In this document: positions 27,445-36,713 of the stretch, one piece after another
Layout of the letters: every line of letters starts with the position of its first letter
Position numbering within the stretch: the first letter of the stretch is position 1
Source of the DNA: Candidatus Rifleibacteriota bacterium
Lineage (GTDB): Bacteria; Muiribacteriota; Ozemobacteria; Ozemobacterales; Ozemobacteraceae
DNA: 64,000 nt
NCBI GenBank assembly: GCA_015232575.1
Contig: JADFZL010000003.1
Coordinates: 1 to 64,000 of the forward strand
Reading direction: 5' to 3'
Position numbers and translations under genes: made by a program
The notes under the pieces: generated by a model
The model's input: only the letters and a program-made list of their open reading frames with translations
Database searches by the model: none
Told to the model about the DNA's origin: nothing

Positions 27445-28962
27445 ATGAGAAAAATCAATCTTTTTCAAGAATATAGCCGAAGATATGAGATAGCCTTGGT
27501 TTTCACCCTGATTGCATTCTTATCATCAAGCATTTCCCTTCTTGCCAGAAGTCCTTATGCCGAAGATTCCAGAGTTCAAATAAAAATTAACGGTGCAGCA
27601 GGATATCCTCAGTCGCCATCTTATGGAAACGACATAATCAGAGAAACCCCAACTGTTATTCAGATAAATGCCGGATCAGGTTCACCGGTTCCGTTAATTA
27701 TGATTCAGGGAAATTTTTCTGATATTCAGATCGTCACACAGGTTCCACAGAATTTTGAAGAAAAAAGACAGAGTGGACAGCAATCTCTTGACGGGCTTAC
27801 GGCTTTGCAGAGCGAAATCAATATTCTGATAAGAACTTCCGCACCAGTACAGGTTAACATTAATATCAACGCATCTTCAACCTTATCGTCGCCATCTATA
27901 ACCGTATCACCTGATCAGGAAGTTCCGGTTGAAACTCAGACACAGCCAGCACCTTCAAATGAACAGTCTTTAAGAGAAACCTTTCAGCAATTGAAAGCTG
28001 CTATTAGTGGCAAAAAACTTGAAGAAGCCGCAAAACTTCTGGAACAGGTAACTTCTCCGATTCTCAATAATTCATATTACACAGCGGTCTTCAGCAATGA
28101 ACTTGGACAAGTTAAAGATTTGTATCAAAAAGCTCTTGAGAATGAAATAAGATATGGAAGTACAAGACTTCTAAGCAAACTTGAATCCGGTCAAACCACA
28201 GCAAGTATTATTGATACAATGTTGTGGACGAAAAAATGGATGGACGCACTGAAAAAAGTATCTCAGAATGAAAATTCACCGGCTTTAAGATTGGGAAATA
28301 ATGCTTTTTATCAGTGCCTCTGGAACCAGATTACCTATGGAACCCAAAAAGTTCTGGCAAGAAAGAATGCCGGTGAAACATGGGAACAGGCCAAAGCAAG
28401 CGTTGCCTGGACACAGACATGGATTGATCTTGCAGTTAGAGTAGGTATAGGCCAGGGCGAGGCCTGGTTTGAAAATGCAAAAAAAGTGTTGAATGAAACG
28501 TGGCCACGTCCAGTTACTCCACCTGCGCCTCCGGTAGTTAATCCACCAGCGTCTGGAAGAACCTGGCAGCATCCGTGTCCGGAAGGTGTTGCGTCACCAT
28601 ATTCAGGAGACGATGGCTGTGACTTTCATGCAACAAGAGGAACATCTGTTTATTCTTCAAGAGACGGATGGATAGTATACAATGACCCAAGCGGACATTC
28701 TCGTCAGGAAACCTCAAGTGATGACACAGGTGCGATAAGAATTCGACACAGCGATGGAAAGCATACATGGTATGCCCATATGTCAGGCAGAGAAACTCAG
28801 TACACCGCAGGGGAGTTTGTTCCTGCTGGAACCAAAATCGGCAGAGTTGGAATAGCCAATTCGGTGTCTCATCTACATTTCAGCATATTCTACTCAGCAG
28901 GCGGCGATGCCGGTGGATTCATGGGACCATTTGAAATTGCCAACATGTTCCGGAATCGCTGA
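27445..28962 (+). CDS. secreted protein with C-terminal M23/LytM-type metallopeptidase domain
   Basis: Signal peptide. The C-terminal CDFHATRGTSVYSSRDGWIV...IRIRHSDGKHTWYAHMSG...GRVGIANSVSHLHFSI fits the HxxxD...HxH M23 motifs. The roughly 350-aa N-terminal region is unrecognised. Confidence 0.55.
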   Translation: MRKINLFQEYSRRYEIALVFTLIAFLSSSISLLARSPYAEDSRVQIKINGAAGYPQSPSYGNDIIRETPTVIQINAGSGSPVPLIMIQGNFSDIQIVTQVPQNFEEKRQSGQQSLDGLTALQSEINILIRTSAPVQVNININASSTLSSPSITVSPDQEVPVETQTQPAPSNEQSLRETFQQLKAAISGKKLEEAAKLLEQVTSPILNNSYYTAVFSNELGQVKDLYQKALENEIRYGSTRLLSKLESGQTTASIIDTMLWTKKWMDALKKVSQNENSPALRLGNNAFYQCLWNQITYGTQKVLARKNAGETWEQAKASVAWTQTWIDLAVRVGIGQGEAWFENAKKVLNETWPRPVTPPAPPVVNPPASGRTWQHPCPEGVASPYSGDDGCDFHATRGTSVYSSRDGWIVYNDPSGHSRQETSSDDTGAIRIRHSDGKHTWYAHMSGRETQYTAGEFVPAGTKIGRVGIANSVSHLHFSIFYSAGGDAGGFMGPFEIANMFRNR

Positions 28963-29037
28963 AAACTATTGCTCTAAAAACAGTATTTTCTCAATAATTC
29001 CAAGTCAATCGTAGATGCGGCTCGACGCCGCTTCGAC

Positions 29038-29460
29038 TCAGTCGCTATCAGAACGACGCATTCTTTCTGGACGAAAAATTCTTGTCCAGATGCTGAATCT
29101 TGAAAAATAATTCGAGTTAAGCTCCGGCGAATCAGGTTCCCACTTTTTCACTGGTTTTGGGGCACTGAGAAGAAGTGTCTTCTTTGCTGGAATAAGGTTC
29201 TCAAGGTTTTCATTGAATTCCAGTTTTGTCATAAGGTTCTGAAAACGATTTTCGAGGGTTTCCATTTTTCGACAAACGTTTTTCAAAAGTGTCTGATTTG
29301 CTACCAGAATTTGAGTTATGTCAATGGCGGCTTCGTCATTGTTTATCTGTACAAGATCATAGTTCTTTTTGTTTTTCCCCGAAACATTTTTTTTATCTCT
29401 GAGTTCATTTTTCATCTGCGTCTCCTTTTCACTTGTCCTGCAATCTTTATGATCGACCAT
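29038..29460 (-). CDS. hypothetical protein (K/N/E-rich)
   Basis: 140-aa ORF with a GCGGC-tcgac-GCCGC hairpin downstream of its stop. No homology recognised. Confidence 0.3.
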   Translation of the reverse strand: MVDHKDCRTSEKETQMKNELRDKKNVSGKNKKNYDLVQINNDEAAIDITQILVANQTLLKNVCRKMETLENRFQNLMTKLEFNENLENLIPAKKTLLLSAPKPVKKWEPDSPELNSNYFSRFSIWTRIFRPERMRRSDSD

Positions 29461-29606
29461 TTATTGATTTTTTTTTATCTTGATTCATTATTTTATTTCA
29501 TGATAACCTTCAACAGTGTATATTATAGCAATTTTCATTTATGAAGCTCTTTTGAAATAGATTTTTCAACTATTTAGTTTAAGGGTGAAAGCGGAGGCAG
29601 TATCTA

Positions 29607-31424
29607 ATGAATAAAATTGTAATTCCACTTATTCTTGTAATTTTTCTTGCGGGAGTAATGTTTATTTTTATGATTCCCAAAAGACCAGCAAAACCAACAA
29701 AAACAACTCCGGTAAAAATCACTCCTGCAGAGACAAAACTGTCTGAAGATTCTCATTTAACGAAGATGAGCAAAAAGGTTTCTGCTGTAATAGAATCTGG
29801 TGATTATGTTGCTGCGATGAAGGAGCTGTCAACGTATAAGAAATATGATAAATCACCCGAGTTCATGGCTTTGGAAGGGTTAATCTACGCAGGAATGAAA
29901 AACTTCCAGATGGCTAGACTGAGTTTTGAAAACTCTCTGAAGCTGAAAAATGATCCGGTCATTCTTTATTCTCTGGCACGAATCCTTGACACAACCGGAG
30001 ATATTGAAAACGCAAATCGTTTATATTATGAACTTGCAAAAATCCCACTTCCGCCAACAACTATGAAGAATGTTCGCATGGGTTGTGCAAATACAGACTT
30101 ACAGCTGGGAAAAACAGAGAATGCCGAAAAGATCTTTTTGAAAGTATTGAGTGAACATGCAGATTGCCTTGAAGCATATCTTGGACTTTTCAGTACAATG
30201 CAAATAACTGGAAACGTCAGAAAATTGTCTGAAATTCGCATTGATGGTGATATTAATTTTTCAAGAAATTTTGAATATGTGTTTAATCTGGGAAAGCTTT
30301 ACTATAATTCCGGAAATATGCTGGAGGCAAAACAATGCTTTTCTGATGCAGCCAGCATTAATCCTGAAAATTCCACACCCTACTATTATCTATACAGAAT
30401 ATTAAGGCAGTCAAAACAAATTCCTGAAGCAGTTAAAGAAATGGAAAAATTTCATGCAAGAAATTCTATTCTTCCATATATATTGTTCCAGGCTGCAATT
30501 GATGCAAGAAATGAAAAGAAAATGTCCACCGCAATGAAATTTTATTCTTCTTCAACCTTGCGGGATCTTTCTCTTCTCGGCAAAGACGATGAAGGAACTT
30601 TTAAAGATATTGAAAAATTTGTTTCTACCTCAGGATCAGCAGAAGAAAAGGCATACTTTGAGGTGTTCAATCTTTTTGTCAACGGTGATGTTGAAGGGGC
30701 AAAGAAATCGCTTATTACTGCAAAAAATATTATAAATGCTGCAAACTTCAAGGAAGATCTTGATAAAATTGAGTATGAGTTGTATAAAAAAACTGCGAAA
30801 GAAGAACAATATAACTCGTATCAGAGTGAACAGAAAAAAATTCAGGAAAATGCTCTTGGAAGATTGAAAGCCATGATTCTGGCAAGAAAGGCTGTTGCCG
30901 GTGACATTGGCAAAACGGACAAACTTGATGAATTGAAAACAAAAGCCTTGAATAATCCGAATGATGATAAACTTCAGTATGAAACAGCCCTGGAGCTTGC
31001 GAAAGCTGGTGACAGAGAAGGCGCTAAAATTTTCTTCAGACAGGCAATTGTTGCCAATCCAGCTTCTTATGAACCATATTATTCACTCGGTAAAATTGCC
31101 AAAAGCGAGGGAAATATCGTAGAAGCAATATCCCACCTTGAACAGGCAGTTAAAACAACCCCGCAAAGCAGCCAGGCTCACTCTTATCTCGCCTCTCTTC
31201 TTCTTGAAAATGGGTATTCCGATATAGCCGTTTCAACAGCAGAAAAAGCACTCTCAGTGAACCCGGGAAACAGCGAAGCACGCGTTGTAATTGCCCGAAT
31301 GCATTTCCAGAAAGGCGATAAGGAACAGGCACTTAAACAAGTAAATCTTGCTTTAAAATTTGATACCGACCCGGAGAGGAAAGCGGAACTTGAAAATTTG
31401 AAAAAACAGTTTTCAGCCAAATAA
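29607..31424 (+). CDS. TPR-repeat protein with N-terminal TM helix
   Basis: N-terminal helix (IVIPLILVIFLAGVMFIFMIP) and multiple 34-aa TPR-like units (e.g. AKIFFRQAIVANPASYEPYYSLGKIAKSEGNIVEAISHLEQAV). Confidence 0.55.
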   Translation: MNKIVIPLILVIFLAGVMFIFMIPKRPAKPTKTTPVKITPAETKLSEDSHLTKMSKKVSAVIESGDYVAAMKELSTYKKYDKSPEFMALEGLIYAGMKNFQMARLSFENSLKLKNDPVILYSLARILDTTGDIENANRLYYELAKIPLPPTTMKNVRMGCANTDLQLGKTENAEKIFLKVLSEHADCLEAYLGLFSTMQITGNVRKLSEIRIDGDINFSRNFEYVFNLGKLYYNSGNMLEAKQCFSDAASINPENSTPYYYLYRILRQSKQIPEAVKEMEKFHARNSILPYILFQAAIDARNEKKMSTAMKFYSSSTLRDLSLLGKDDEGTFKDIEKFVSTSGSAEEKAYFEVFNLFVNGDVEGAKKSLITAKNIINAANFKEDLDKIEYELYKKTAKEEQYNSYQSEQKKIQENALGRLKAMILARKAVAGDIGKTDKLDELKTKALNNPNDDKLQYETALELAKAGDREGAKIFFRQAIVANPASYEPYYSLGKIAKSEGNIVEAISHLEQAVKTTPQSSQAHSYLASLLLENGYSDIAVSTAEKALSVNPGNSEARVVIARMHFQKGDKEQALKQVNLALKFDTDPERKAELENLKKQFSAK

Positions 31425-31506
31425 CAGCACATTTCTATTACACAGCAACTGATCCGCGATTCAGAATTGACAGATTCTTCCGAATTTGTTAAGCTGACTT
31501 ATTATT

Positions 31507-32250
31507 TTGTCCAGGGAGACTATTGTGACTGAATGGGATAACCTGCTTAAATTGCACAATCTTGACATGGAAATCGACCGGGTAACCAAATTGATTACCA
31601 AAGAGAATCATCGTACAGAAAAACTTCGCCATGATATTAATAAAGAGATTGAGCAACTGCTGAAAAATGATTCGACAATGAAAGAGGTTAATCTCAAAAA
31701 AAAGAAGTCAGAAACTGAACTTAATGAGATTAACGAGAAAATTTCTTCTGCTGATTTGAAACTGAAAAGCCCCGGGCTCTCGCCAAACGTCTATATGTCG
31801 CTAAGTCGGGAAATTGAAAGTTTACGTTCAAAGATTCCAGCTCTTGAAAATACAATCCTTACCGATATGGAAAAAGCTGAAAGTCTCAAGAAAGAGATTT
31901 CTTCGGCCAAAAAGCTCACAGATGGAAGAAAACTTCAATTTGCTGATGTAAAAAAAGAAGTTATGGAATCTGTTTCCAAATTAAAAAAAGAAGAAGACCT
32001 TTTAAGAACGCAAAGGAATCAGTTAGCGCTGAACCTTAAAGGGTATGCTTACGAAGTTTATGAAAAACTGCGACTGACTAAAAAGGGAAAAGTTATTTTC
32101 GACCTTGATAAGCCCGGATGTCCGTCATGTGGTTTGAAACTGCCAGGTGGTGTGATTTCTATCATGATGTCTTCCGGTACACTTGAAACATGTCCAAACT
32201 GCGGAATATTTCTTCATTGGACAGGCATTTCCGACGGAGTTGTTTCCTGA
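31507..32250 (+). CDS. COG1579-type coiled-coil protein with C-terminal C4 zinc ribbon
   Basis: Long coiled coil followed by CPSCGLKLP...CPNCG. Genes of this family commonly neighbour rnpB. Confidence 0.55.
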   Translation: MSRETIVTEWDNLLKLHNLDMEIDRVTKLITKENHRTEKLRHDINKEIEQLLKNDSTMKEVNLKKKKSETELNEINEKISSADLKLKSPGLSPNVYMSLSREIESLRSKIPALENTILTDMEKAESLKKEISSAKKLTDGRKLQFADVKKEVMESVSKLKKEEDLLRTQRNQLALNLKGYAYEVYEKLRLTKKGKVIFDLDKPGCPSCGLKLPGGVISIMMSSGTLETCPNCGIFLHWTGISDGVVS

Positions 32251-33176
32251 GTTTGAAAAAGTATATATTTTTTATTATCATATTTTTCTTATCTTCTATT
32301 TCCGCTTCTGTCTATGCTCAGACAGTTGCTTTTCCCGCTTCAGATATTCCACCTGAAACGATTGCACGATACATTCAGGATGAACTGAATCTTGTTAAAC
32401 CTGCGATTAAAAATGAAATTGCACTTGTCGCAAAAGAAATAGAAGAAACACTTACAATCAGAGTTCTGATAAAAACAGAGTATATTGACAATCCTGATAA
32501 GTCATCTGAAAAAGTTGAAGCCTTCTTCTCTGACTGGATTCGCTCCATAGGACTTGAAAAAAGAGGAATTCTTTTTATCGCACTTGTACCACGAAATTCT
32601 CTTCAGGGAATGTTTTTTATTCGTGTCGGAATTGGATTGAAATATCTTATAACCCGCGAAATGGGAGAACGTATTCTTAACAGGGTAATTCTTCCGTTCA
32701 ATCTTGAAAACAATGATGGAAAAGGTTTTCTTGAGGGCATTCTTGCCATCAAGAATATGTTGATTGATGAACTCAAGTTAAACCCTCCTTCAACAGGCAA
32801 GTCTGGTTGGTCTTTCACTATTTCCGGTTTTTTCTGGCATTCAAAGGAAATTGTTCTTGCGCTTATTCTAGCGATCTTTCTGGGATATTTCTTTTTCTTC
32901 ATCGAACGCTGTCCCAAATGCAATGGTCTTTTGCGCATATCAAGTGAGATGCTTAAGGAACCGGAAGCTGATTCGCCTGGTTTGAAGAGAAAAAACTATA
33001 TCTGTGATTCATGTGGTTTTAATCGAAGAAAGAAACAGACTGTTTATTCATCAAATTTTCAGGGATTCTTTCAATGGATATTGGGGAAAAGCCAAAATTT
33101 CAAGGTCACTTCCACAGAACCTCCGATTGAAATAAAAAAAAATCAATCAGATGATGGACATTCACCACCAGAGTGA
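32190..33176 (+). CDS. TPM-domain membrane protein with C-terminal zinc ribbon
   Basis: ...KVEAFFSDWIRSIGLEKRGILFIALVPRNSLQGMFFIRVGIGLKYL...GFLEGILAI matches the TPM (TLP18.3/Psb32/MOLO-1) phosphatase fold. TM helix at FLGYFFFFI, and CPKCNG...CDSCGF. The real start may be the TTG at 32253, giving a signal peptide MKKYIFFIIIFFLSS. Confidence 0.5.
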   Translation: MSKLRNISSLDRHFRRSCFLSLKKYIFFIIIFFLSSISASVYAQTVAFPASDIPPETIARYIQDELNLVKPAIKNEIALVAKEIEETLTIRVLIKTEYIDNPDKSSEKVEAFFSDWIRSIGLEKRGILFIALVPRNSLQGMFFIRVGIGLKYLITREMGERILNRVILPFNLENNDGKGFLEGILAIKNMLIDELKLNPPSTGKSGWSFTISGFFWHSKEIVLALILAIFLGYFFFFIERCPKCNGLLRISSEMLKEPEADSPGLKRKNYICDSCGFNRRKKQTVYSSNFQGFFQWILGKSQNFKVTSTEPPIEIKKNQSDDGHSPPE

Positions 33177-33188
33177 AGTAGAATACAC

Positions 33189-33590
33189 AAGCAGGGTGGT
33201 TGGATGGTCGCGCCTGTCTTCAGTAATGTTTGGCAGGTGAGGAAAGTCCGGGCTCCACAGGGCAAGGGCGCTGGATAACGTCCAGGCTTCGTAAGGGAAA
33301 CCTTGCGGGGACGGAGAGTGCAACAGAAAATATACCGCCTGTTGTCTGCAGCAATGCAGATATCAGGTAAGGGTGAAATGGTGCGGCAAGAGCGCACCGG
33401 GTTATCAGTGATGATATACCCTGGAAAACCCCGCCTGGAGCAAGATCAAACAGGGGGAGGGGTAGCCCGCCCCGTTAAATTGAAAACCCCGGGATGGTCG
33501 CTTGAGGTTGCAGGTAACTGCAGTCCCAGACAGATGACCGTCGCCTCTCACGAGGAACAGAACCCGGCTTACAGGCCACTCTGCTTATTT
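33189..33590 (+). ncRNA. rnpB: RNase P RNA, bacterial type A
   Basis: It contains GGTGAGGAAAGTCCGGGCTCC (P4 5' strand), AGGGTGAAATGGTGCGG (P10/11-12 region) and ACAGAACCCGGCTTA (P4 3' strand). The P1 strand AAGCAGGGTGG pairs with CCACTCTGCTT at the 3' end. Confidence 0.85.
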
Positions 33591-33680
33591 ACTTACAACG
33601 ATGCGCATGGTTTTTAATTTTTATCAAAGCGTCAAGAGTTGGTTTTATCAATGATTTGTTAAATTTTATCGGAGGCAATT

Positions 33681-34688
33681 ATGAAAAAAGCACTGATGAT
33701 TGTTTTTTTTCTTTTTCTTCTTTCTCCGCTCTGGGCAATTTATTGCCAGAATTGCGGAACCGCAATTGCAAATGATTCAAAATTTTGTTCGCAATGCGGA
33801 AAACCGCTAACTGCAGATACTTCCACAAATCAGCCTCTTCCTGTTGCGGAAAACAACAGCGATGTTTCATCATTTAATTATGATTCAGTAAATAATTTTG
33901 AATCAACTCTTGCATCTTCAAATCACTCAGCTTCGATCAGAAATACATCAGGAAGTTGGTATGAAGCTCGGGAAAATTTGAAAAAAGCCGGAAATTCCCA
34001 TAACAGCTTTAATCCTGTAATGAAAAAATTGCATAATCTTTATCAGAAAAAGTATGATTTGCTTGAAGGTTATCATGCTATCTGGGTGGAGTCAGAAAGA
34101 AATCCTTCGAGAACTGATCTTTTATCCCGAAAGGAAAAAATCAGACACCAGATTTCTCAGACCAATGAAATAATAAGGGTATTGAATGAGAATAGGAATG
34201 ATCCGGGAATTTTATCAAGAATTGAGGATATGGAAAAAGGTGCAGAAAAAACCAATGTTGAATATATTGTAACATCACCATACCTTCAGCTTGATGCACA
34301 CAGAATTCCAAAGAATCAACCTCTCTGGGTAATGGAACTGAAAAATGGCTCTGCAAAAGTAATGCACATGGGAAATATCGGTTTCGGTTCTCCGGTAACA
34401 GCCTGGATTTCCATCTATGATCTTGAAAAAAGAACAAGTTGGCGTGCTGACGTTTATCAGACAAGCTATGCCCCATATTTTATGCCGACAACCGTTATAA
34501 TAGAAAAAGAGCCCCCGCCATCAACAGTTGTTGTTTATGAAGACTGCTGGGGACGCCATCGTTATCCTTCCCATTTTGACATGCATTTTGACTGGGGTTT
34601 CGGTAACAGAAGCCACAGAAGTCCAAGAAGCCATAAAGGCAATTCTTCAGGTCACAAAGGCGGTTCTTCAAACCACAAAAGGCACTGA
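33681..34688 (+). CDS. hypothetical secreted/membrane protein with N-terminal double zinc ribbon
   Basis: Signal/TM helix, then CQNCGTAIANDSKFCSQCGKPL. The C-terminus is G/S/H/K-rich. Confidence 0.45.
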   Translation: MKKALMIVFFLFLLSPLWAIYCQNCGTAIANDSKFCSQCGKPLTADTSTNQPLPVAENNSDVSSFNYDSVNNFESTLASSNHSASIRNTSGSWYEARENLKKAGNSHNSFNPVMKKLHNLYQKKYDLLEGYHAIWVESERNPSRTDLLSRKEKIRHQISQTNEIIRVLNENRNDPGILSRIEDMEKGAEKTNVEYIVTSPYLQLDAHRIPKNQPLWVMELKNGSAKVMHMGNIGFGSPVTAWISIYDLEKRTSWRADVYQTSYAPYFMPTTVIIEKEPPPSTVVVYEDCWGRHRYPSHFDMHFDWGFGNRSHRSPRSHKGNSSGHKGGSSNHKRH

Positions 34689-34877
34689 TTTATCTTTTAC
34701 CATACAAATTCAAAGCAATTTTAAATTCTATTTATTAATTGCAACAGAAAGAAACACACGCGTCACTCAGAGCTGATTTCACGGTGACGAATGTGTTCCT
34801 TTTTTTTCCTGCAATATACTGTTAGACTGCCTCTGGGAATGATAATCATGAAAACATATCGGAGGTAGTGATTTTTT

Positions 34878-36428
34878 ATGCGTAAATCGCCTGTTTCTTT
34901 TTCAATATTGGTTTCATTTGTGTTGATTTCATTGTGTGGCTGGACAATTGAAAATCCATCTGAGAGATGGATTGTAAAGTTCCGATCTGACAGAACAAAT
35001 TTGGTTCGAAGCTCTGAAAGCACCAGTCAACTTATTAAGCGTTTGCAGAGTGATCTTGTACAAAACGTAAGAAAATTATCTGAAGCCAGAGCATTTTCAG
35101 AAAGAAATGTTTCTAATTCGACTGAATACCTCTGGGCAGCAAATTCAATCGCGCTCACTGTTTCATCAGATCAGATAAAAGAAATATCTTCACTCGAAAA
35201 TGTTGAAGCTGTTTTTCCGGTTCGATATCGAAAGTATTTGCCCGATATGCCTGTTTCGAAGTCTGATAAAAGGCCTCAAGCACCAAAACATTGGGGTGTT
35301 GCAAAGATTAAAGCTCCTGAAGTCTGGAGTAACTATAAGGTTGATGGAAGTGGAATAATCGTAGGACATATTGATTCTGGAGTTGATGGAAAGCATCCAA
35401 TGTTGGCGGGTAAGGTAATTGCTTTCAAAGACTTCACCAATGAAGCAACACAGGAAGCTTATGATGATCACGGGCACGGCACACACACTGCCGGAACTAT
35501 CTGCGCATCAGATGGTTATGGCGTTGCACCAGGCGCAAAAATTGTTTCAGCAAAGGCTTTTACAAAAGAAGGTAATACCAGCACAGAAATACTGATCAGG
35601 GCAATGCAGTGGATGCTTGATCCTGATGGAAATCCGGAAACAAATGATGCTCCAAGAATTGTAAGTAATTCCTGGGGAAGTCAGCCTGATGAAGATGATG
35701 CAGCATTTTATGCAGTGGTTGAAAATTGGGTATCAGCAGGAATTCTTCCAGTTTTTGCAGCAGGAAATATGCCTTTTGGAGTCACTAAAGTCGTGGATAC
35801 TCCCGCAAGGTTTAAAATTTCCTGGGCGGTGGGTGCAACAAAAACGAATGATGGAATCACATCGTTCAGTTGTCAGGGGCCATCAGAGTGGAACGGCGAG
35901 ACTTATGTAAAACCAGATATTTCTGCTCCTGGTGATACAATTATTTCATGTAAGGTTGGTGGTGGAGTAAAAGAATGGAGCGGAACATCAATGTCCTGTC
36001 CTCATGTTGCCGGTGTCGCGGCTCTCATGCTTCAGGCAAATCCGAAATTGACAATTCCTGAGATCAGAGAAATTGCTGAAAAAACTTCCATTGACAAAGA
36101 AGAACCCGGCAAGGACAACGCTTATGGTTCCGGAAGAATTGACGCTTTTGCATGTATTTCTGAAGTTGTTGCAAAAGCTCCGGTAGCAAATTTATTCGAA
36201 GGTTATATGATGGCGCTCGAAGCAGAAAAGTCTTATCAGATGCTTTCTAATTCATCTCCTTTGGCCGCGCCAATGGCGAAATATATAATCGAAAAATCAA
36301 GAAATCTTGATGAAGGCGAATTCATCTCACTAAAGCACCTGTTCATAAACGATTCTCTAAAATATTCAATTCTAAAACAAGCAGAAACAGCCAGAAATTT
36401 CCTGAAAATCTATGATGAAATTCACTGA
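34878..36428 (+). CDS. secreted subtilisin-like serine protease (peptidase S8)
   Basis: Catalytic triad motifs VGHIDSGVD (Asp), HGHGTHTAGTI (His) and GTSMSCPHVAGVAAL (Ser). Signal peptide. Confidence 0.85.
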   Translation: MRKSPVSFSILVSFVLISLCGWTIENPSERWIVKFRSDRTNLVRSSESTSQLIKRLQSDLVQNVRKLSEARAFSERNVSNSTEYLWAANSIALTVSSDQIKEISSLENVEAVFPVRYRKYLPDMPVSKSDKRPQAPKHWGVAKIKAPEVWSNYKVDGSGIIVGHIDSGVDGKHPMLAGKVIAFKDFTNEATQEAYDDHGHGTHTAGTICASDGYGVAPGAKIVSAKAFTKEGNTSTEILIRAMQWMLDPDGNPETNDAPRIVSNSWGSQPDEDDAAFYAVVENWVSAGILPVFAAGNMPFGVTKVVDTPARFKISWAVGATKTNDGITSFSCQGPSEWNGETYVKPDISAPGDTIISCKVGGGVKEWSGTSMSCPHVAGVAALMLQANPKLTIPEIREIAEKTSIDKEEPGKDNAYGSGRIDAFACISEVVAKAPVANLFEGYMMALEAEKSYQMLSNSSPLAAPMAKYIIEKSRNLDEGEFISLKHLFINDSLKYSILKQAETARNFLKIYDEIH

Positions 36429-36629
36429 TTAAGTGACAACAATAAACCTGTTTTATTAAATACATCAAGCCATGATAAAAAACTCATTCCAGCCCTCTCC
36501 CCGAACTTCCTTGGGAGAGGCGTGGAATGATGGTTACACCAGGTTTACTATCCATCAGATCAGACCCAAAAACAATTTGAAAAAGCATCTTGAAATTCAA
36601 ATGAATTTATGCTATCCTTTATTCTGCCT

Positions 36630-36713
36630 GCCGGGGTGGTGAAATTGGCAAACACGTAAGATTCAGGATCTTATGCCCTCACGGGTTTAGGGGTTCAAGT
36701 CCCCTCCTCGGCA
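36630..36713 (+). tRNA. tRNA-Leu (anticodon CAG), class II with long variable arm
   Basis: GCCGGGG-TG-GTGAAATTGGCAAACAC-G-TAAGA-TTCAGGA-TCTTA-TGCCCTCACGGGTTT-AGGGGTTCAAGTCCCCT-CCTCGGC-A. It closely parallels E. coli tRNA-Leu(CAG). Confidence 0.85.

Noticed and set aside
33143-33617. ORFs 33303..33617 (+) and 33143..33397 (-) predicted as proteins
   Set aside because: They lie entirely within the RNase P RNA gene. The conserved rnpB motifs (GGAAAGTCCGGGCTCC, ACAGAACCCGGCTTA) explain the region.
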